A stretch of DNA of 64,000 nucleotides from Bdellovibrionales bacterium (GCA_965262715.1 OZ253553.1:480001-544000); one strand, 5' to 3'; positions 1 through 9,551 are shown, counted from the stretch's first letter. The notes: a model not told the origin generated them from the sequence alone. Numbers and translations: made by a program.

Positions 1-978
1 TGCTTCAAAAGTATGACATACTTTGTGATAAAGTTTTGAGTCATGCTATGAGAGGGGTATCTTGTCGTAATTACAATGAACTTCTTGATGATATTGTAGG
101 AGGGACGGGTCTTTCTAAGAGTACAGTGAGCAGAGTCTTTAATAAGTCATCTAGGAAGTTTCTTGAATCTTTAAATGGTCGTGATCTGAGTAAGGATAAG
201 TTTTCATCAATTATGATTGATGGTGTTGTTTTTGGATCAAGGACAGTGGTTGTAGCTCTTGGCATCACAGTTGAAGGTAAGAAGTTAGTTCTGGGTCTTA
301 GAGAGGGTCATACAGAGAACTGGGAAGTTTGCAAGGACTTATTAGAGAGTTTAATAGCAAGAGGTCTTTGTTCAGATAAGCCTTACCTTTTTGTAATTGA
401 TGGTAGCAGATCTTTAAGGACAGCTATTAATAGAGTTTTTGGTAAGAGAGCAGTAGTTCAACGCTGTATTCACCACAAGGAGAGGAATGTTTTAAGTTAT
501 TTACCTCAGGAACGTCATTTAGAGTTTAAGCGTCGCTGGAAGATGGTGCATGGTTTTAATGATTATGATTCTTCTCAGAGAGAATACAATAAGTTACTGA
601 GTTGGTTAAGCAGGATTAATTATGCAGCATTGGCTTCACTTAAGGAAGCAAAGGAGGAGACACTGACAGTTATCAAGTTGAAGGTATCTCCACTGCTAAG
701 GAGAACCTTATCTTCTACAAATCCTATTGAGTCTGCTTTTTCTATTGTAAGAGATAAAGTCAGCAGGGTTAAGAACTGGAGAAGTTCTCCAGATCAGGTT
801 ATGAGATGGGCTGCTGCTTCTTTAGTTGAAGCTGAAAAAAAGTTTAGAGCTATTAAAGGGTATAAAGATTTAAATACAATGGAAGAAAATTTAAACCTAT
901 TGACTAACAATAGAAACAGGCGTAGCAAAACATCAAGCTCTGCTTAACTTCAATTTCACCGAAACGTGGGACATCCTC
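1..978 (+). mobile_element. IS256-family insertion sequence, right part; left end lies outside the window
   Basis: Transposase ORF followed by a terminus AATTTCACCGAAACGTGGGACATCCTC ending at ~978, resembling IS256-type ends; the neighbouring gene is cut at this point. Confidence 0.8.
3..947 (+). CDS. IS256-family (mutator-type) DDE transposase, 5'-partial
   Basis: GVS.R / SKSTVSR, IMIDG, VALGIT.EG.K.VLG, FVIDG, QRC.HHKERN and STNPIES motifs; frame is open to the window edge. Confidence 0.92.
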   Translation, partial: LQKYDILCDKVLSHAMRGVSCRNYNELLDDIVGGTGLSKSTVSRVFNKSSRKFLESLNGRDLSKDKFSSIMIDGVVFGSRTVVVALGITVEGKKLVLGLREGHTENWEVCKDLLESLIARGLCSDKPYLFVIDGSRSLRTAINRVFGKRAVVQRCIHHKERNVLSYLPQERHLEFKRRWKMVHGFNDYDSSQREYNKLLSWLSRINYAALASLKEAKEETLTVIKLKVSPLLRRTLSSTNPIESAFSIVRDKVSRVKNWRSSPDQVMRWAAASLVEAEKKFRAIKGYKDLNTMEENLNLLTNNRNRRSKTSSSA

Positions 979-2015
979 CCATCATCGCAAGGATAATTGC
1001 TAAACTTTTTACTAAAAGGATGTATATATAGGTCTTTATCGGGACTAATGAGATAAGCATGAAATTCAGCTTGGCCTTCATTAATAGCAGCAATACAACC
1101 TTTATATGTATTACAACATATACTCTCAGACAAAACTCTTTTACATTCTTTTTGTGTAGATGTTGAATAATGGCCTTCATTTTCATTGGAATAAGTAAGA
1201 TTAGCATGTCCAGACTCATGCAAAAGAGTTTCAAAACTATTACCTTCAAAGAAGAGATCATCCTCATCTATTCTTAGAGCTATAGTATTTGTACCAGGAT
1301 GCCAAAGACCATTGACCCAACCAACTATATTGTATTCATCAGAAAATGTGTTCTTATCCATCAATTTCACATTTATACTTCCATCTTTTGCATAAAAAGT
1401 GCCTGCATTTAATTCCATCCATTCTTTTTGATACATAAGCCAGTGATAAACTGATGCTTGATGACCTGTTTTATTAATATCATTGAGGTTACTCTTTGTC
1501 CATTTACCCTTTGTAAGAGCAGCTTTTTTAAGTGGAGCATTATCCCAAAATGCTGATATTTTATAAGAAGCATTTTCAAGGGCATCGTTTGTAGAAGTAC
1601 CCAATATATTAACTCCAAACAAATTTTCTGTTGGAGGGTCTGACATATGTAGAGGATATTTTCTTTTAAAAATACAAGCATTAAATTCGGGATTTGTATG
1701 ACAGTCGGGCATCCTTTCTGATCCAAATCCCATTGAGGGGAGTTGAATTTCTATATCTACTGTTGTATTAGTCGTAGTAGTAACAGTAACAGTAGTCGTC
1801 GTTATAGGTGTCGCCTCTGATGTTTTTATCTCTGAATGAGATTGAGATTCTATCTTTTCAGTTGGTGATTCACAATTCTGAAAATTGATCGCTAAAAATA
1901 AAAGGGAAGAAGTTAAAATAAATATCTGTGAATATCGTTTCTCTTTTAAAAAACAATATTTCTGTCTCAGTGATCTTAACCTATAACTAAAATATTTTAA
2001 GATAGTTATAATCAT
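933..2015 (-). CDS. Putative lipoprotein zinc metalloprotease (thermolysin/gluzincin-like), C-terminus truncated by the IS256 element
   Basis: Hydrophobic stretch + FQNC lipobox-like motif, Thr-rich linker, HESGH and downstream INEGQA; last residues (RMSHVSVKLKLSRA) are read from the IS end. Confidence 0.7.
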   Translation of the reverse strand: MIITILKYFSYRLRSLRQKYCFLKEKRYSQIFILTSSLLFLAINFQNCESPTEKIESQSHSEIKTSEATPITTTTVTVTTTTNTTVDIEIQLPSMGFGSERMPDCHTNPEFNACIFKRKYPLHMSDPPTENLFGVNILGTSTNDALENASYKISAFWDNAPLKKAALTKGKWTKSNLNDINKTGHQASVYHWLMYQKEWMELNAGTFYAKDGSINVKLMDKNTFSDEYNIVGWVNGLWHPGTNTIALRIDEDDLFFEGNSFETLLHESGHANLTYSNENEGHYSTSTQKECKRVLSESICCNTYKGCIAAINEGQAEFHAYLISPDKDLYIHPFSKKFSNYPCDDGRMSHVSVKLKLSRA

Positions 2016-2041
2016 TTTAAATCCAATAAGTCATTTATAAT

Positions 2042-2070
2042 ATAATCGGTATAGGTCTTAAATAACTTTA
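2042..2070 (-). promoter_or_regulatory. Candidate sigma-28 (FliA) promoter of the metalloprotease gene
   Basis: Minus strand TAAAG-N15-ACCGATTA, ~27 bp upstream of the start codon. Confidence 0.5.
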
Positions 2071-2091
2071 GAAATATCAATAATTTATTTA

Positions 2092-2119
2092 CTTTCTACC
2101 GCCCACGCATGGGCGCAGC
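2092..2119 (-). CRISPR. Degenerate terminal CRISPR repeat (trailer end), separated from the array by a 155-bp structured element
   Basis: CTTTCTACCGCCCACGCATGGGCG matches the first 24 nt of the repeat, then cagc instead of taac. Confidence 0.9.
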
Positions 2120-2268
2120 TGTTTCCCTAAAAATGCTCTGACCTCTGGCCACTTTTTGACAACCAGCCTGACTAGCTTTCGCTGTCAGGCAAATAGCTGG
2201 TTGCCTAAAAAGATTGAGCATTTTTAGGAAGGAGAATCCTCTCATTTTTTTTTACAATGTTAAGGAAA
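2119..2268 (-). ncRNA. Structured dispersed element family A, copy 1, in the CRISPR spacer slot
   Basis: Minus-strand stems CCTAAAAATGCTC/GAGCATTTTTAGG, GCAACCAGC/GCTGGTTGT, CTGAC-AGC-GAAA-GCT-A-GTCAG and TGGCC-AGA-GGTCA; homologues elsewhere in the window. Function as an RNA is inferred. Confidence 0.6.
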
Positions 2269-2274
2269 TGAAAA

Positions 2275-3082
2275 CTTTCTACCGCCCACGCATGGGCGTA
2301 ACTCCTCAGGAAGTCTTAGATAAATTTGATTATTCTTTCTACCGCCCACGCATGGGCGTAACTTTAAGCGATGATGATTTAAACGAGATTTTCGCTTTCT
2401 ACCGCCCACGCATGGGCGTAACTCGCAGCGCGCAATAATAAAGAATAAACTATTCTTTCTACCGCCCACGCATGGGCGTAACTTAACTACGAAAAAGACT
2501 TTAAAAATTGTGCACTTTCTACCGCCCACGCATGGGCGTAACAGAATGGGTAATCGACTAAAAGTTACAGATCTCTTTCTACCGCCCACGCATGGGCGTA
2601 ACTGTTATTATTTCAACATTGAGACTGATTCAATCTTTCTACCGCCCACGCATGGGCGTAACCTAAATAAGATGATCCATCCTCTGCGATCTCCCTTTCT
2701 ACCGCCCACGCATGGGCGTAACTTCTTACACTGCACCTGTTTCTTGATATCATTCTTTCTACCGCCCACGCATGGGCGTAACTCGCAGCGCGTAATACTA
2801 AAGAATAAACTATTCTTTCTACCGCCCACGCATGGGCGTAACTTACACACTTTATGTACGCACTCAGCCTATTGCTTTCTACCGCCCACGCATGGGCGTA
2901 ACAAGTTGTATAGAAGGGATTCTCCACAATCGCTCTTTCTACCGCCCACGCATGGGCGTAACCACATTAGTAATAACCACATCATCAACACCTGCTTTCT
3001 ACCGCCCACGCATGGGCGTAACTCTTGACGCACCTATATCAAGAATAAATTCTTCTTTCTACCGCCCACGCATGGGCGTAAC
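2275..3082 (-). CRISPR. CRISPR array: 14 identical 28-bp repeats (minus strand GTTACGCCCATGCGTGGGCGGTAGAAAG) and 13 spacers of 32 bp
   Basis: Exact 60-bp period from 2275 to 3055; hairpin CGCCCA-TGCG-TGGGCG followed by an 8-nt handle GTAGAAAG; orientation inferred from the cas strand, the handle and the degenerate repeat at 2092. Confidence 0.99.
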
Positions 3083-3126
3083 ACATACATAAATATACTC
3101 AATAATATCAGTAAGTTTAAGATAAT

Positions 3127-3420
3127 TTAATGATTATTATTAATGCCTAATAGATGATTAAATATTCCTTCATTAGTTTGACGGCTTCTCAAGTCTCCAA
3201 AGACATAAGATCGAAATCCTAAATGATGAGTAGCATCAGACCATATAAATACCACTCTAAAATCTGTGTTTACTTTTTCCAATTCTTTTATAATTTCTTC
3301 TCTAATACCATTTTTTGGCCATACCCATACATCCATAGCTATTCTCCAACAGTACCTACCAATAATTCCACGAGCCTTATCACTTTTTTCTTTTAAAGCA
3401 TCATTAATAATAACAATCAT
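3127..3420 (-). CDS. cas2: Stand-alone Cas2
   Basis: 97 aa directly after cas1 and before the array; MIVIIND start and VFIWS..GF..YVFG end resemble I-E Cas2. Confidence 0.8.
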   Translation of the reverse strand: MIVIINDALKEKSDKARGIIGRYCWRIAMDVWVWPKNGIREEIIKELEKVNTDFRVVFIWSDATHHLGFRSYVFGDLRSRQTNEGIFNHLLGINNNH

Positions 3421-4296
3421 TCAATTATCCTTTTTAAAAACCTCATTTAATGTTCTCAATAAATAATTTAAAACGTCTATATCTAATACTAATTTCATAA
3501 ATTGATTTTTTATTTCTGTTAAACTCCATTTTTCTTTGGCAGCAATAAAAGAAAGATTTAAAGCAATGACAGGTTTGACAACATCTGCAAGATCATAAGA
3601 TAAACCTCCTCCTTTTGTTCTCCCATGTAGTACACCAATATTAGGATCATAACCTAAATGCAAAATGGTTAAATCTGCTAAAGAATAAGATAAAAAGTTC
3701 AAGAATGTGAGAAAATCTTTTTTCCCTCTAAAAGGTTTCCCTCTTGCCACTCTTGGAACATCATATTGCATAGCTAAAGATTTATAAGTTTCTCTTGCCC
3801 ATGCTCCTTCTTTTGATAAAAGTGTATTGATGGTGTCTTCATCCTTTCCTAAAGGAAATTCAGGTAGCTTTATAGAGGAATACTTCTTTATAAACAAAGA
3901 CCTCCTTTTAAAAAGAATTTTTGCAGATTCAATTCTTTTAACTTCATCACATATAATATTATGCTGTCTGATACGTGGAAGCGGTGACCTGTGCTGTGTA
4001 GAGCATAGATAAAGAGGAGCAGCATTGCCACCCATAACACCTATCAAACAACCCCTTGAAGATATAATCCTCATAGCTTCTGATGTGATGCTTGTGCCTG
4101 GACCTAAAAATAAGCCTCCAATGCCAGAAACTGGAATAGAATATTCTTCTTTTAAATTTGCTTTGAAGATTCTTATATCATTATCCTTTCTTTTAATCTT
4201 GCTATATTCTGTATAATAAAAAGGGATCCTTCTTGATAGAGGGATTAATGGTTGAACTTCATCAATACTGATATAATTCCGTTTAACTTGAGTCAT
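3421..4296 (-). CDS. cas1: Cas1 integrase (I-F/I-E-like)
   Basis: IP...LGPGTSIT..AM, EGAWAR, VLHGRTKGGGLSYDLAD..K (catalytic E/H/D present). Confidence 0.95.
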   Translation of the reverse strand: MTQVKRNYISIDEVQPLIPLSRRIPFYYTEYSKIKRKDNDIRIFKANLKEEYSIPVSGIGGLFLGPGTSITSEAMRIISSRGCLIGVMGGNAAPLYLCSTQHRSPLPRIRQHNIICDEVKRIESAKILFKRRSLFIKKYSSIKLPEFPLGKDEDTINTLLSKEGAWARETYKSLAMQYDVPRVARGKPFRGKKDFLTFLNFLSYSLADLTILHLGYDPNIGVLHGRTKGGGLSYDLADVVKPVIALNLSFIAAKEKWSLTEIKNQFMKLVLDIDVLNYLLRTLNEVFKKDN

Positions 4297-6899
4297 TTTT
4301 TAAAAATCTTATTTAGAGTTTCTTTTTTAACTAATCCAAATTTTTTATGATACACTCTATGTGTTGTTTTTCCACTGTCTTCATCAAAAAGTGCTTTTTT
4401 AAAACATTCGTTTATTTCTTTATCAAAATGAGAACATAATAAAGGTCGCTCTGTTTTAAACCCAAAAGTTTTTATGTACCTATTGTATTCAAATACTTCT
4501 TGATCATTGATTTTATTCGCCTTATTGCATTTTGATATTGTCTTCAAACAAGTGCTCATAGCTTCTTCTATCTTCTTTATAAACCATATTCTACTTTCAT
4601 TAAGTAAATCCTCATCTCGTAGCTGATTTTGTAATCGTCCTTTATCATCCACAACACAAGCACTTAAAAGACGAGATTCACCTCTAAATAAACTGTTAAA
4701 CACCTGTGAAGATGCTTTTTTGTTTTTACCAAGTGAAAACCTTTTTGGAATATATTTATTTAATTCTTCAATAGCCTTTTTTTGCTGTTTTTTTAAAACT
4801 CCAAGAGATATCTCGATGTTTTCTTTACTCCAAAAAGTATCATAAACTTGCATAAGTTTTCTAATAGAAATAGCTTTATTATCTTGATCTATAATAAAAG
4901 ATAAAAAATGCTTTTTCCAATTCTGATGAATTTTTTTGAAATCTGCTTTTCTTTCATCAAAAAAGTTCTCTGATTCTTCATTGTAAATAAAATGAATTTC
5001 TGCATCTGGTTTGTTTTCAAACCTATTGATTCTTCCAGCAGTCTGACAATCTGTATGAGGCTGTGATAACTCTACGAGTGCTTTATCAAAGCTAAGATTG
5101 TAAGAGGATTGCAACATTTTAGATGTAATGACTGAATTTTGACTTATATAAGCGGTTTTTTGTCCATGCTCTTTTAAAATATTTTCCAATAACTCTTTTT
5201 TGTCCTCAGTTGTAAAATAGGTATGTATCATTTTTATTTGATCTTTATAAGTTTTAAAAAGACGAGAAAAGACTTCTTGGCAAGACTCAACCCTCAAGAA
5301 AGAATACAAACAATCAGGAATAAATTCTTTAATATCTTCTATTTCTTTCTCTTGAGCAGAAATTTTAAATTTGTGACCTTCTCTTGACGATAGTTCATCT
5401 CTTTTGAAAACAAATTTATCTTCTATATTAATATTAATTAGTTTTAAAAGAGATGGTTCTGGTGTTCCACTGAGCATTAAAGTTTTAACTCCAGAATCAA
5501 GCCAGGACCTAATAGTTAATACCTCTTTTAAAGAAGGAATCATTTTAGGAATATCTTTAAATTCATGAAACTCATCAAGAACTAAATGAGATCGAAGCAT
5601 TTTTACAAACTCTGAAGACTGGCTTCTCTTATAATAAGGGCTTAAAAATCGATCAAAAACCATGATATTAATATCTAAAATTAAAAAGTCCTCCTCCTCC
5701 TCTGGGTTCCAATTACAATGTTGTCTTTGCCCATTAAAAACTCCTTCTATTTTGATTTTTTGATCCCCATAAACTCTTTGGCTATCTTCTTCTAAAGACT
5801 TAGCCCATTAAAAACTCCTTCTATTTTGATATCCCCATAAATATCTTCTTCTAAGAGACTGGCAGGTAAATAAACCAGTGATTTGATGTTGCCTTGGAAG
5901 GGCTATCATTAAAGGATACTCATTATGGCAGTGATGCCACCAATAAAGTGCAATACTGGTTTTACCTCCTGCTGGATCAACTCCGCAAACAGAAAGTTTT
6001 TTATCTGACATTTTTTGGGCTAAATCATTCTGTTCTTTACTTTTTGGATTGTTATTCAGGTTTTCTAAAAGAATAGGTTTTTCTCTTTTGTGTGAATTAG
6101 TTTTAAAATTTTTCCAGTCATTTAAAAACCCTTGTAATTCTTCTAGACTCCAAGAAGAAACTGTCCTATCAGACTCAAGAAGTAAATTTAAACAAAGCTG
6201 CTTGCAGGCATTATCTATAACAGAATCCATTTTATGTTTAAAAAATTCAGGATATTGAAATCTTTTAACATTTTTTTGATTTGGATCTTCTAAATCTGGC
6301 GGACAATTTATCTTAAGATATGTTGAAAAAGAACAAAAAAGATCACAAATAAATTTATAAATTTGAAAAAGAACAAAAAAGATCACAAATAAATTTGCTA
6401 TTTGACTTTCTTTTACACTTTCAAAAATGTCTTTAGAATTTTCAAAACGTATTTTATTTTTTTCATCACACCAATTAGCTGAGTGATGCCAATAAACAGA
6501 ATGTTGAACCGTATCTTCTATTTTTTCATTTTGAAAACCAATAAAATTAGCAATGTAAGCCCAAGATATCTCATTGTGGAATGGCCCTTTAAATGTTTTT
6601 GGTCTAGAAGATTCAGCATCTGTAGGGAGTTCTATTGAGTCATTGTTATTAGATTTTTTCTTAATGTGATTTTGAAAATTATCTGAAACTTTTCCTATAT
6701 CATGTAATAGACTGGAGTAAATCAAATATTTATTGATCTTTTCTTCTTTGTCTGACTTGAATTTTAAGGATTTTAACAATAAATGCCCATAGAGGGCTAT
6801 GGCTATGGAATGCTCTTTTAAAGGTTGCCCTTTTGTATTGGCCAATAAAGTATTTTCATTGTTTTTTTGATTCTTGTTCATTGCTTTCTTCCCAGTCAT
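4293..6899 (-). pseudogene. cas3: Cas3 HD nuclease-helicase split by an in-frame TAA at 5808-5810 (ORFs 5808..6899 and 4293..5663 share one frame)
   Basis: N part: EHS, LLHDIGK, HNEIS, YWHH and Walker A GGKT. C part: LDEFH, SGT, QTAGRINR. The sequence between them is open after the stop. No N-terminal Cas2 domain. Confidence 0.88.
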
Positions 6900-6935
6900 A
6901 TTTTTTAATTTTCATCCCTGCTTTTCTTAAATCTT

Positions 6936-7940
6936 TTATTTTATTTGTACAAAAATATCATCTTTTATCTCATAACCACGTCCCATTTCATCCAAGCCTT
7001 CATAACTTACAAATGCAACTCCACCTTCACCCCATCTGGCTAGATTTGGGCCTTGCCTTAATTTTTCGATAAGTTCATCCCAAGCCCAATGCTTAGAGAG
7101 GTCTTGTTGATCTTCAAAGGCACTTTGTGCAAAATAAACATTGAAATCCACGCAGGCAATAAACGCAGGCTTTCCTCTCACAATTTTATGATATTTTTTA
7201 TCGACCCAAAATTTTGTAAACTTGGGACAAGCAAATGAGCTAAATTGATTCTGATTAAAATTTGTAAAATTCTGTCCAAATTTAGAGTCCTTTAAACAAA
7301 GAGAGTTGACTTCATCAATTATTCCCATAGTCTTTTTATAGATTGGTGTTCCTTTTTGTTGCATCTTTTTAAAATAAATCTTCATTTCCTTACCAAGCTT
7401 TGTATTAGGTATAGCTTCACTTCTAGGATTTTTTAAATCATCATACTCTGAGTCCTTCTTTTCAACTTTACTTTCTGAAATTCCTTCATTAACTGTACCA
7501 AGTGAATTTGTTTCAAAAATATTTCTTAGTGGTTGTTTAAAAAGTTTTATTGTTGGATTTGCCGTTTCAAAAGTGTGTTGATGAAGGTTCACATTAGGAT
7601 CAGCTTTAAAGTTTTTTGTATGAACATCTCTTCTTTCAAAAAAAGTAGTAACATAAAGTTCTGATACTTTTTTACAGGCAGATGCTTGAACCATTATATC
7701 CAAAGTAGTATTCAACTTTTGAATTGAGATATCAGTGCTATTCTCTATTTTCTTTATTTTTTGAGTTTCTCCCATTAAATAAGCAAATAAACCCTTTAAA
7801 GAACTTGATCTCACAAGAGGTAAAACTTTTTGATTCTTATCTGTTGGATGATCTGAAAGATTAAGATTGACTGGATTAAAATCTTTATTTTGTTTGATAT
7901 AAATACCACCAGATCGAACTTTTAATTGAATATAAGACAT
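6936..7940 (-). CDS. cas5: Cas5, I-F2 (Cas5fv)-like large Cas5
   Basis: 334 aa after cas7; SLKGLFAYLMGE, IVRGKP and a C-terminal G-rich loop WGEGGVAFVS resemble Cas5fv as recalled (VMGVLNRLIGD, IWGNP, LGKKGLAYVS). Confidence 0.7.
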   Translation of the reverse strand: MSYIQLKVRSGGIYIKQNKDFNPVNLNLSDHPTDKNQKVLPLVRSSSLKGLFAYLMGETQKIKKIENSTDISIQKLNTTLDIMVQASACKKVSELYVTTFFERRDVHTKNFKADPNVNLHQHTFETANPTIKLFKQPLRNIFETNSLGTVNEGISESKVEKKDSEYDDLKNPRSEAIPNTKLGKEMKIYFKKMQQKGTPIYKKTMGIIDEVNSLCLKDSKFGQNFTNFNQNQFSSFACPKFTKFWVDKKYHKIVRGKPAFIACVDFNVYFAQSAFEDQQDLSKHWAWDELIEKLRQGPNLARWGEGGVAFVSYEGLDEMGRGYEIKDDIFVQIK

Positions 7941-7954
7941 AATCTTTCACCACC

Positions 7955-8911
7955 CTAAGCTGCTTTTTTAGATTCTTCAAAAAAATGATGAAACTTTATA
8001 CTATTCAATTTTTCTTTTAAATCAGATTCACCTATATCCATAGAATCTTCTCCATCAAAGAAATGAACTGTTAAAGAGCCTTTCAGATAAGCTAATCTAG
8101 CTCCTGCTTTAAGGCCATGTATCATTTTGATTCTTTGAAATACTACTTTTACCAAATGACAGATTTGCTCTTGATTAAGTAAAATACCTGTTCTTGGATT
8201 TTTATAAACTGCTGTTGAATCAATATAATCCTTCACTTCAAGAGTTTCATCCACGCCATGTTTTTTAAAGTATTCTTTAAGAAGACTTATAAACTCATCC
8301 TTTTTGTCTTTAGGGATCATTGCAAAATCATTATCAACTCCATATAAAGATAAAAATTGAAGCTCTTTGAGATTGATTCCACCTAGAAGTTCTTGTTGTC
8401 TATAAGGAACATTGTCTTTTGAGAACATAGCAATATCACCTTTTTCTTTGCCTTGTGCTTTCCCTTCTTCTTTCGGTTTTGAACTTGAACCTTGGTCAAA
8501 AACAATTTCTACATCACCAATGGTTTGAGCATCTGCTATATGTAGAGGAGAGCATCTTTTAAGACCTTTAAGACCTTTAGAATCACCTTTTTCATCCGGC
8601 GATAAATAGCCTCTCAAAAGCCCGACTTCTGAAGCGACCATTTGAATAAATTGATCAGCAAATGTTTTGCTGGAAGGCTGTCTTGGTTGAATATCTTTAA
8701 AAATCTCATGTCTTATACAACGTGAAGATGTATAGTCAATTTCTTTTTCTAAACCTTTATCATCTTTAATTTTAAATATTTTTGCACCAATATTATTCTT
8801 GTACCATTGATTACTGTCAGGATCTTTTCTATCTTTTTTAGCATTATAGTTATAGATTCCCCATACATCTAACTTTCCTTCAAAAGTAATACATTTAACT
8901 TGCTGACTCAT
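7955..8911 (-). CDS. cas7: Cas7, I-F2 (Cas7fv)-like backbone subunit
   Basis: YTSSRCIRHEIF, ASEVGLLRGY, KRCSPL, FSK, LQFLSL and GILLN are colinear with recalled Shewanella Cas7fv motifs (YISQNCIRHHLF, ASITGLIRGY, KRTSPL, LQFISL, GILLN). Confidence 0.85.
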   Translation of the reverse strand: MSQQVKCITFEGKLDVWGIYNYNAKKDRKDPDSNQWYKNNIGAKIFKIKDDKGLEKEIDYTSSRCIRHEIFKDIQPRQPSSKTFADQFIQMVASEVGLLRGYLSPDEKGDSKGLKGLKRCSPLHIADAQTIGDVEIVFDQGSSSKPKEEGKAQGKEKGDIAMFSKDNVPYRQQELLGGINLKELQFLSLYGVDNDFAMIPKDKKDEFISLLKEYFKKHGVDETLEVKDYIDSTAVYKNPRTGILLNQEQICHLVKVVFQRIKMIHGLKAGARLAYLKGSLTVHFFDGEDSMDIGESDLKEKLNSIKFHHFFEESKKAA

Positions 8912-9446
8912 ACTTTTCTCCTCCTTTAATTAAAATTAATCCATAGCCATAAGACTTTCTTGATCCTATGCCTTCTGTTAATGCTTGATTAAATTTATCA
9001 TGATCTAAGATGTGAAATAATCCTTCTATGTGAAAAGCATTATGAACATGAAATTTCTTTTCACATTGAGGACCAAGAAATTCACAAGTTGCTTTATCTT
9101 CTTTAAGACCAGATAAAAAACAAAATTTTTCCAATGCCTCTTTTGAATACATTTTTTTAGGGACAATTGTTTTTCCATCTGTATCACGAAGTGATATATG
9201 CTTGTTACAAAATGCAACATGAGTTTCTAATTCTACCATCTTACAACTCTTATTTACCAAAACAGTCTTTTGAAAATTATGATGCAGGGATTTTACAGGG
9301 GGTATTTTTGAGAGAACATATAGTAAGTCACCTTGAGATAAAGATGGACATATATTTCGAGGTGAATTAAATAATTCTCTGATCAGTGAGTGAATTGATG
9401 AGTAACCTGCTTCAAATAGAGAAAAACAATAAATATTTCTCATCAA
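8895..9446 (-). CDS. cas6: Cas6 endoribonuclease, Cas6e-like
   Basis: C-terminal EGLFHILDHDKFNQALTEGIGSRKSYGYGLI (G.G..K.yG.GL loop typical of Cas6e); first gene of the operon. Confidence 0.85.
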   Translation of the reverse strand: MMRNIYCFSLFEAGYSSIHSLIRELFNSPRNICPSLSQGDLLYVLSKIPPVKSLHHNFQKTVLVNKSCKMVELETHVAFCNKHISLRDTDGKTIVPKKMYSKEALEKFCFLSGLKEDKATCEFLGPQCEKKFHVHNAFHIEGLFHILDHDKFNQALTEGIGSRKSYGYGLILIKGGEKYESAS

Positions 9447-9551
9447 ATAATCCTATATTATTAATGATCGATTGAAAAAATACATTGATTTTACTTGCTT
9501 TAGTTGAAGTGATGATTTGACTGTGGTATGACTAGGTGCTGTATTTATAGT

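Noticed and set aside
2119..2268. Family A as tRNA, hammerhead ribozyme or tracrRNA
   Set aside because: No cloverleaf or TTC loop, no CUGAUGA core, and no anti-repeat complementarity seen
2303..3054. Self-targeting by the 13 regular spacers
   Set aside because: No match noticed in this window by eye; not exhaustive, and the rest of the genome is unseen
2214..3092. Six ORFs with periodic peptides (FYRPRMGVT, LRPCVGGRK, FLPPTHGRN, YAHAWAVE)
   Set aside because: Translations of the 60-bp-period CRISPR array, not genes
4293..6899. Natural cas3'/cas3'' two-gene arrangement
   Set aside because: The break lies inside the helicase, after Walker A, and coincides with a duplication scar
1..9446. 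CRISPR-associated transposon (IS256 next to a Cas3-defective type I system)
   Set aside because: No tnsABC/tniQ; the IS has its own end and sits inside an unrelated gene; cas1, cas2 and cas3 are present
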